A DNA stretch of 64,000 nt from an uncultured Gemmataceae bacterium (GTDB lineage: Bacteria; Planctomycetota; Planctomycetia; Gemmatales; Gemmataceae), in contig CAVVPN010000012.1 of NCBI GenBank assembly GCA_963750165.1, forward strand, positions 256,001 through 320,000, read 5' to 3'. This document shows positions 52,828 to 64,000 of this stretch, one piece after another. The position numbers and the translations under genes were made by a program. Under the pieces are notes generated by a model. It did no database searches and was not told the DNA's origin. It worked only from the letters and a program-made list of their open reading frames with translations. Each line of letters opens with the position of its first letter. Position 1 is the stretch's first letter.

Positions 52828-54262
52828 TCAAGGGCCGCCCGCCACCACCTTGAGCAGCACCGACTTCGCCGCGTGCTCGGTGTTCTTGCCCTCGCGCCGC
52901 GCCAGCACCACGAACGGCCGCTCCTGTGCCGCCACCCACGGCTCCGCGTACAGCACCACCGTCCGCGTCGTCTCGCGCTCGGTGATGAGGATGCCGTTCA
53001 GGCCGATGTCCAGCACGCGGACGCCGTGCGGCAACCCGCGCACGTCCAGCGGCACCCGGCCCGTGAAGCCGTTGCGCCGCTCGATGCGCACCCGCACTTT
53101 CGCCTCACCGCCCGGCCTGAGCGTCACCACGTCCTCCAGCGTCACCGTCACCAGATCGCCCGCCGCCTTCGTCGTCACCGGCCCCACCGCGACCGTCTTG
53201 ACGACCTTCTGCCCGTCAATGACCGCCTCCGCAACCAACTTCAGCGGCGGCGTCGCCTTCGCGGCGGCGTCCGCCCACAGCGCAAAAGTCGTGCTGTTCT
53301 CATCGACGCCGATGGCGGTCGCCGGCGCAACGAACCCGGCCGGCACCTTGTCCAGCCGCACCTTGATCTCGCCGTCGAAGCCGTCGAGGCGCTCGGCGTT
53401 CACCGTCACCGGCACGGCGCCGCCGAGCCACACCGCCGGCTTGCTCGGGTTGACGCTGACGTTGAAACCCGGCCGCGGCGGCCGCACCGTCAGGCGGTAG
53501 GCGTAGGCCGGGCCGCCCTGGCCGCGCGAGTCGGTGACCAGCACCTGATAGTCGCCGTCCGCCGGCGGGTCGAAGAACAGCCGGGAGTCGCGGCCGTAGC
53601 CGGGGCCGCCGTCGTCGTTGCGGTAATAGAGTGTCACCACCGGGAAGCCGTTCGGCGGGAATTTCGTGCCCGGCGGGTGGAGCGCCACCTTGTACATCGG
53701 CGAGCCGTTGGCGTGGTGCGTCGGCGTCGTGTCCAGGTAGCCAACGCGCTGGCCGCCGGCGCTGAAGAAGTTGCAATCCGCGTCCGGGTTGAGCGGCAGC
53801 GCCTTGATGCGCAGCAGTTCGCCGCCGACGTATAAATAATCGTTCATGGCCAGCTCATTCCAGTTGTCGAGGCGGATGCCGGCGGTCACCGAGTCGTGAT
53901 CGCGGAAGGTGACGTGCGTCCGGGCCAGGCTGCGCAGCGTCGCCCGCGGAATGGGCTGCCCCTTGCCGTCGAGGATGTCAATGGCCGAGTCCAGCGGCGA
54001 ACCGAGGCGGCGGGCGTTGACCTCCACGATTAACCGCTGCCCCTTCTTCGCGCTAAAACGCCAGACGTGCGCCGCCCCCGGCTCCGCCAGGACGCCGTTG
54101 CCGGTGCCGGGCGTCGGCAGTTGCCCGCCGGCTTTGCCGACGACCTCCGGGAACTCGCCGACCATCAGCGTGCGCAGGCCCAGCGGCGTCTTGCGCAGTT
54201 GCGGCAGCGGCAACCGGGCGCCGACGGCCGCGTCCGGGGCCGCCGCCAGCCGCACCGACTTC
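52828..54262 (-). pseudogene. C-terminal part of a planctomycete PPC-domain protein (5' end lost)
   Basis: ARRLGSPLDS, NDDGG..YGRDSRL.FDPPADGDY.V.V.D..GQGG..YAYRL. Confidence 0.75.
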
Positions 54263-54264
54263 AG

Positions 54265-54684
54265 GCCGCGACATACCCAGCTCTTGTGCCGGCCCAGCAA
54301 GTGCGCCGCCTCCACCTGGGTCAGGCCGTCGTCCCGCACCAGGGCCTGCACGACCCACGCCTCTTCCAGCTCCCGCGTGGCACGCTGACCGTGGTTCAGT
54401 CCCAGGATGGCCGCCTTCGCCGTGCGCTCGTCCACCGCCAGCACGCGCACGCTCAAACTGGTCAGCCCGGGCAACTGCTGCGCCGCCGTCCAGCGCTTGA
54501 AGCCGTCGAGCACTTCCAACTGCTGGTCGCGCAGGCACGCCACCACCGGCGACAACTGGCCCCAACGGCGCAGCGACCCGGCCATCGCCTCCTCCGCCGG
54601 CGGATCGGCCAGGCGATAGCGCCGATACTTCTGGCCCAGCGCGGCGCGGGCCACCGGCCGCACGCTGCCGTTCTCCCAGTCCAT
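54265..54684 (-). pseudogene. ParB-like N-terminal domain of an IS-associated gene, truncated and fused
   Basis: SLRRWGQLSPVV, VLDGFKR, ELEEAWVVQALVRDDGLTQVEAAHLLGRHKSWVCR. Confidence 0.7.
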
Positions 54685-54829
54685 GCGCGTACCCTCCACG
54701 CTCCCCCCAATCAGAGAAAGGAAACGGGGGACACGAAACACGTCCGTGCCCGCCCGCTCCTTCCTCCGTTCTTGGGGTCGTGGCACTGTAAGTCGTCCGG
54801 GACAGCGATCCCAGACCGAAAGACATGCT

Positions 54830-55480
54830 TCAGGAGGTGTCGGGCGCGCGGCAGCGGGCCTTCAGCCGTTGCCGGCGCCAGCGCCGCCGGCGTTGCCGAT
54901 ACCGCGCCTCGCGATCAAGCACGCGTCGTAACGCCAGGCGGCACAGTGGGGAGCAAAAACGCTGCTGGTCACGCTCGTGCCAGACTGGGAACACGGCATA
55001 ACAACCCGGGCGGGCGCACGGCCGCGTCGAAAAAATCTCGTCCGGGACCGCTGGGCGCTGGCCCTCGCGCTGCGTCGTCGTGTTGGTTGGTCCCGAGCGG
55101 TGCGTCGTGGTCAGGCGCGTACGACAGCACTGGCGGTAGCGGCGGTGCTGCTGGCGGCGCCGTTCCTTGCCGTGGGCGCTGGCCCGATAGCGTTGGCTGG
55201 CCTGCCAGCGCCGCCACCGCCGCGCCGCCTGGCGACAGGCGTCACTGCAATACCGGGCCTGGGGGCAAGAGGGCGTGAAGTACCGTTCCCAGCCTTTGAG
55301 CAAACAACGGCGTGTGCGTCGCGCTGGCCGCGCCTCTGGTCGCGCGCCAGAGGACTGCTGAAATGAGGAGGGGCCCAGGGGAGGATGCGCTCCCGACGGT
55401 CCAGTCGCGGAGCCGGGTTGGCGCCTGGCTCCGCGGCGCTTTGCGCTGGGAGGCGCCCAGATCCACTTCAACCCTACCAC
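54830..55480 (-). CDS. Arg-rich Zn-ribbon hypothetical protein (mobile-element associated); start uncertain
   Basis: RYCSDAC, CARPGC, RFCSPLC motifs; upstream of the ParB-like fragment. Confidence 0.5.
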   Translation of the reverse strand: MVGLKWIWAPPSAKRRGARRQPGSATGPSGAHPPLGPSSFQQSSGARPEARPARRTRRCLLKGWERYFTPSCPQARYCSDACRQAARRWRRWQASQRYRASAHGKERRRQQHRRYRQCCRTRLTTTHRSGPTNTTTQREGQRPAVPDEIFSTRPCARPGCYAVFPVWHERDQQRFCSPLCRLALRRVLDREARYRQRRRRWRRQRLKARCRAPDTS

Positions 55481-55587
55481 ACAATCCTGTCCCGCGATCC
55501 AGCCAGCGCGCTGTGGCCCGGGCCACAGCGCGCTTTTGGCCCCATCCTAAAACGCTGCTGACACACCCCGACCCGGGAGTGCAAACC

Positions 55588-55833
55588 ATGTCGATGGGCA
55601 TTTGGGAGACCACCTACAAGAAGGGACTCGCGGAAGGCCGTGAGGAGGGCAGAGCAGAGGGCCGCGTGGAAGGTCTGCGGGATGCTTTGCAGGCTCAGTT
55701 ACAGGAAAAGTTCGGCCCACTCAGCGAGGCGACTCTGGCCCGATTGCAGCTCTTGACCGCCGAGCAACTGAAAGCACGTTTCATTGCATTGGTCAAAGCT
55801 GCATCCTTGAAAGACCTCGATCTGACCGACTGA
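55588..55833 (+). CDS. Stand-alone DUF4351-like (Rpn C-terminal) small protein
   Basis: TTYKKGLAEGREEGRAEGRVEG...LQEKFGPLSE...L..LTAEQL...SLKDLDL. Confidence 0.75.
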   Translation: MSMGIWETTYKKGLAEGREEGRAEGRVEGLRDALQAQLQEKFGPLSEATLARLQLLTAEQLKARFIALVKAASLKDLDLTD

Positions 55834-55925
55834 CCGCCTCGGGGCGTACGCGCCGCTGGACGACACGCAGCGTCAAGAATTGGCGGAGCGTTTGCGGCAA
55901 CACCCCAAACCCGGGAGTGCAAACC

Positions 55926-56135
55926 ATGTCCATGGGCATTTGAGAGACCACCTACAAGCAGGGTCTGGAGCAAGGGCAACGGAACATGCTGCGGGTTCAG
56001 TTGGCCGCCCGGTTCGGCCCCCTCAGCGAGACCACGCTGGCGCGGCTGGAGGCGCTGACGGCCGAGCAACTCGAATCCCTGGCGGCAGTGGCGTGGCAAG
56101 CCAAATCGCTGAAAGAGTTGGGGTTGGCCGACTGA
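55926..56135 (+). pseudogene. Second DUF4351-like small gene with TGA at codon 6
   Basis: MSMGI*ETTYKQGLEQG...RFGPLSETTLARLEALTAEQL...SLKELGLAD; same upstream sequence as copy 1. Confidence 0.7.
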
Positions 56136-56452
56136 TGCGCTAGGGGGCTGTGGCGACGGCCTCCCCGCGGGTCGTTGGCTCACTCGCCGATCAATTCATA
56201 GGTGCCGCTGCCGGGCTTCTTGAGACTGATCATTTCCCCCAAAACTTCCACCAGGGCCGGGAGGAGGCCACCGATAAAGGAGGAAGGGGAGCCACGCGCC
56301 GCGTTTGGTCGGGCGTCATTCATTCATTATTAACGACCGGGAGTGGGCGGGCAGTTACATCAACGACCGGAATAGTACAGGGCACCTCACAGAAATCAAT
56401 TCTTGTGCAGGTGCCCTGTTTATTTGTGCAGACGGTCAAAATGTGCAAAGCC

Positions 56453-57948
<1,496 letters not shown>

Positions 57949-58230
57949 GGGGGACTGCTCCGGAAATGAGGGGGAGATGGGGGGCGATGGGGTCACAACA
58001 CCATACATATTTTCGCAGCAGGCGCAAGGGGAAGGTAGCCTGGTAGGCGGCCCGCAGCCCCGGCCCACCGCCGTGCTGTCGCCGCCTGGCACGCCGCCGA
58101 GGGCCACAACCGCGTTATCGCGCTCTGAAAAGCGCCCTGAAACCGCCGAAATCGCATCAACAAACATGCAAAATGACGGCTCGGCGCCTGTTTCGCGTAC
58201 TGTTTTCAGGACTTTTTTTGCTGTTTTTTC

Positions 58231-58504
58231 CTGACCGTCACGGAATTTGGGGCGGATGACTCTTCGCCTTGGTTCTTTACGCCGAAGGCGTAGCATCCCA
58301 AAGCCCAGGGTCGCGCAGCGCACCCTGCGAAACGAGCGCCTGGGGTGAACGTCTACGCCGAAGGCGTTGCATCCAGGTGATCCAACCCCTTCGGGGTAAA
58401 TTCCTTACGGTTGTTTGCGGTCCCCAGGGTGCCCTGCGCGACCCTGGGCTTTAGGATGCAACGCCTTCGGCGTAAAGACCCGCCCCAAAATCCGTGACGG
58501 TCAG
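58231..58504. mobile_element. 274-bp MITE, copy 2 (8-bp TSD gttttttc)
   Basis: Same TIRs and length as 47662-47935 with a different 8-bp direct repeat. Confidence 0.9.
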
Positions 58505-58597
58505 GTTTTTTCAGCCCCCCAGTGGTGGGGACCAGGCGAGTGGATGGCCGTGTTGACCAGGCCGGTGGATCGGACGGGATCGAGCGTGTTTCGAGTT

Positions 58598-58660
58598 GGT
58601 GTAGCGGCAGTCGCCAGACTTCCGGAAGCGCTTCGGAAGTCTGGCGACTGCCGCTACACC
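58598..58660. repeat. REP-like palindrome
   Basis: ggtgtagcggcagtcgccagacttccg ... cggaagtctggcgactgccgctacacc. Confidence 0.85.
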
Positions 58661-58789
58661 TCAACCTGCAAACCGCTCGATGCCGCTCGTTCCCAAACCG
58701 GAGTTTGGGAACGAGGGAAAATAGAAAACCGGGCGGCCGGGGTTTCCGCCATCGAAGCGTTGTGATCACTGACCGCCGACGATTTTCGA

Positions 58790-58856
58790 GATGGGAAAGG
58801 GGTCGGGAGTCGATTGACACATGTGTGTCAATCGACTCCCGACCCCTTTCCCATCC
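58790..58856. repeat. AAAGGGGTC-type REP palindrome (related copy at about 59491-59582)
   Basis: gatgggaaaggggtcgggagtcgattgacaca-tgtgtcaatcgactcccgacccctttcccatc. Confidence 0.85.
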
Positions 58857-58875
58857 TTCTTTCCCATCCTGACCC

Positions 58876-59271
58876 CTATTTGGTTTTCAATGCCGCGCGT
58901 TTTTTCTCCAGTGCCACGACGAAGGCATCACTCACGCCGATCAGGGTGAAGGTATTTCCCTGGATGGACACCAGTTTGCGAAGACCCTCGGGGAATCCTT
59001 CCTCGTCACAATCCTTGCAAAAAGGCGTCATCACAACCACCTTGGTCGGGAACAAATTCGCGAAAAGGTTGAGGAAGCCCCAAACGCCGAGAATCTTCGC
59101 CGCCATCGCCGTCCCCTCCTCTCCAGGAGGCACGTCCACCCTCTCCGGGTCGATTTTCAGAAAGGACACCGGATGGGCGACCACGGCCGGGGCCCCACAT
59201 CTCAGGCATACATGGGGCAGCAAATTGACCGGGTCTTTTGCCTCTTCCATGGTCATTTCCACGAGAGCCAT
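58876..59271 (-). CDS. Hypothetical Zn-finger membrane protein
   Basis: LPHVCLRCGAPA...PFCKDC, one hydrophobic segment, GVSDAFV. Confidence 0.6.
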   Translation of the reverse strand: MALVEMTMEEAKDPVNLLPHVCLRCGAPAVVAHPVSFLKIDPERVDVPPGEEGTAMAAKILGVWGFLNLFANLFPTKVVVMTPFCKDCDEEGFPEGLRKLVSIQGNTFTLIGVSDAFVVALEKKRAALKTK

Positions 59272-59282
59272 ATGCTTCCCCT

Positions 59283-59460
59283 TCAATGGTTGAACCGAAA
59301 CTCCGCCGAGGTCTCCAGCGCCCAGACCAGATCGCCCAGCCCCGTGTTGCGGTCCCCCTGCTGTGCCGCCAGGAAGTCCGCCACGTCCTTGCGCTCTTCC
59401 GCCGACGGCAACCGCGTCAGCACACTCAAAATACAACTCCTCCGCCAGCGCCCTCTCCTC
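59283..59460 (-). pseudogene. DUF1553 C-terminal fragment
   Basis: EELY(L)SVLTRLPSAEE...DLVWALETSAEFRFNH*. Confidence 0.75.
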
Positions 59461-59599
59461 CCTCAACTTCGCCAGATAAGAAAAGATAAGAAAAGGGGGT
59501 CGGGAGTCGATATTACGAATTTGTAAAACGTGTTATTGACTCCCGACCCCTTTCCCATCCCCCTTTCCCCGACCCCTTTCCCGTCCCCGAAAGAGGCCG

Positions 59600-59962
59600 T
59601 CAAGGCTCCCGGTCTGTTGCAGTGTCTGGTTCGGCTCCCGACCGTTTCCGCCGGCTGCGACCTGGCTTCGTCCGACCCGCTAACCACTTCTTGAACGAAT
59701 GCTGACTTTCCGCGGACGGCTGACCCGCCAGCAGGTTGGCGACACTAATGTCCTCGTCGAGCGCCGGCCAGTGGATACCCCGCCCGTCGCCAAGCAGCCG
59801 CCAGGAACCCCGTTCCGCAGCCGAGCCGTGGGCCAACCGCGGATACCAGGCCAGCGGCACGGCGATACTGCGGCCGTCCGCCAACTCGACCGCCAAGGTG
59901 TCTTCGCTTACCTCAACATGGATCGCCAGCGGCTCGCGCGTTTCAACCGCCGAAGAATTCAT
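59600..59962 (-). CDS. DUF2442 domain protein
   Basis: LAVELADGRSIAVPLAWYPRL..GS..ER..W...GIHWPALDEDISV..LL.G. Confidence 0.88.
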   Translation of the reverse strand: MNSSAVETREPLAIHVEVSEDTLAVELADGRSIAVPLAWYPRLAHGSAAERGSWRLLGDGRGIHWPALDEDISVANLLAGQPSAESQHSFKKWLAGRTKPGRSRRKRSGAEPDTATDREP

Positions 59963-60107
59963 TCCAGCCCTCCAATAACGGCTCCCGAGCGAAGTAGCCC
60001 TCGGGCAGTCCGCCGGCGTTGAGCGCGGCGGCGAGATCCTGGATCCACCGCTGGTGGAAGAAATGGTACGTCCCCGCGGGGACGCGCGTCCAATCGTGAA
60101 TCGGCAT
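59943..60107 (-). pseudogene. Chimera of a DUF4058 N-terminus and a DUF4160-like C-terminus
   Basis: MPIHDWTRVPAGTYHFFHQRWI..LPEGYFA | REPLLEGWNEFFGG*, overlapping the DUF2442 start. Confidence 0.65.
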
Positions 60108-60132
60108 GATAAACCTCGACGTTTGCCACGCC

Positions 60133-60513
60133 TCAGCGCGTGATCGGCTCGGCGGTCTTCGGCGCGGCCCCGTTTGCCTGACCGGAAGCATGGCGCAGAA
60201 TATCATCAATGACAGCACTGGCCTGCCGGTCCTCGACCTCTGCCAGACCTGTCACTAACTCGAACATCCGCAACGGCAGGTCACTATCTTCCGTATCGGG
60301 GACGAACTGGCAGAGGGGCCGACCTTCCACCGTGGCCCCATTCGGCTCCTGGAACGCCAGATACCCCTTCCGATCCGTGGGTAACGGCTTCCAGCCACGG
60401 TCGATCAGGTAAGCAATCACCTCGGCCGTGCCCAGCGCTCGAACCCGAGGGTCGATCCAACGACGATACTGCTCTTGGGGGGCGATGTACCGCCGAGCGT
60501 ACAGCGTATTCAT
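60133..60513 (-). CDS. Hypothetical protein
   Basis: GGAG RBS; YLIDRGW...LAEVEDRQASAVIDDIL; follows DUF4365. Confidence 0.7.
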   Translation of the reverse strand: MNTLYARRYIAPQEQYRRWIDPRVRALGTAEVIAYLIDRGWKPLPTDRKGYLAFQEPNGATVEGRPLCQFVPDTEDSDLPLRMFELVTGLAEVEDRQASAVIDDILRHASGQANGAAPKTAEPITR

Positions 60514-60524
60514 GACGCGACTCC

Positions 60525-61016
60525 TTACCTCAACGCGGCCAGCATTGTCTGGATGGACTCTACCGAAAACACGTTCGTGCGCGGGATGGTGATCCGCACG
60601 GTTGTCTGATTCGTCGTCGGCTCAGCGCCCCGCAGCGACAGCCAGTAGGCACACCGTCGCAGGATCAGTTCCTCCACCGACTGACTCACCCACTGGCCTT
60701 CCTCTGTCGGGAGCACGAGCAGCACGAGCAAGCGTGGCCGGTGCTCGGGGGCGGTTCGCAGCAGGTTGTAGGCCCGCACCTCCAGGTCGTGAATCACTTC
60801 CGCCGGGCGCACCTCCGCCCCCGTGGTGCTTTTCAGTTGAAGATCAATTTGCGGCCCTGTGTCCAGGTGTTCTGTCCCCTGACGGTCGATGCCGCGCAGG
60901 AACATGTCTACCCCGAAGTCCTGCTGAATGTCCCCACAGGACACACCCGCCTGGGCCGCGATCGCGCGCACGTAAGCCCGGGACAACGCTTCCTGTCGTT
61001 GGTTCCGCGGCAACAT
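60525..61016 (-). CDS. DUF4365 family (PD-(D/E)xK-like) protein
   Basis: [52 protein letters not shown]. Confidence 0.85.
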   Translation of the reverse strand: MLPRNQRQEALSRAYVRAIAAQAGVSCGDIQQDFGVDMFLRGIDRQGTEHLDTGPQIDLQLKSTTGAEVRPAEVIHDLEVRAYNLLRTAPEHRPRLLVLLVLPTEEGQWVSQSVEELILRRCAYWLSLRGAEPTTNQTTVRITIPRTNVFSVESIQTMLAALR

Positions 61017-61175
61017 CCGCCTGCCCTCTGGCTCCCCTGGGTTCCATCCAGGCCATCATACCCCGGCAGGCGACCCAGGTGGAATACGGGAACTGCGATC
61101 ACCATAAAACACCAACGCCGAGGCCCGGCCCGCAAGCCGAACCCCGGCGTCCGTGTGTCATCGCTGCCCCGCGCC

Positions 61176-64000
<2,825 letters not shown>

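Noticed and set aside
52828..54786. Novel 652-aa ParB-PPC fusion protein
   Set aside because: Both halves are truncated and join abruptly at about 54262, so this is a deletion or assembly chimera.
55941..55943. TGA recoded as Trp or Sec
   Set aside because: TGA is used as a normal stop throughout the window; a point mutation or sequencing error is more likely.

Overview
High-GC bacterial DNA, most likely from a Planctomycetota (Gemmataceae-like) genome, judged from DUF1559, DUF4058, DUF1553 and PPC-type proteins, planctomycete 'LExRxxP' leaders and dense REP-like palindromes. Bases 1-28 kb are mostly core and signalling genes: nusA, ABC ATPase, UbiA, a kinase-REC-HD-GYP fusion, tRNA-Pro, parB, polX, type IIA topoisomerase A and B, TolC and thiE. 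Bases 28-61 kb are a plasticity zone ending at rpoC. It holds SWIM+SNF2, a HEPN + small SH3-like gene pair present as one intact copy and several relics, DUF5131-TcmP, several toxin-antitoxin modules, an AT-richer HTH-ParA / TIGR04255-like island, MITEs with clear target-site duplications, many truncated or fused gene fragments, and a 958-bp direct duplication of the rpoC 3' end flanking about 3.8 kb of cargo. Many single-base frameshifts in short homopolymers, even in rpoC, suggest long-read indel errors. No CRISPR array, rRNA, intact transposase or integrase was seen. All family assignments come from motif recognition by eye; no database search was run.
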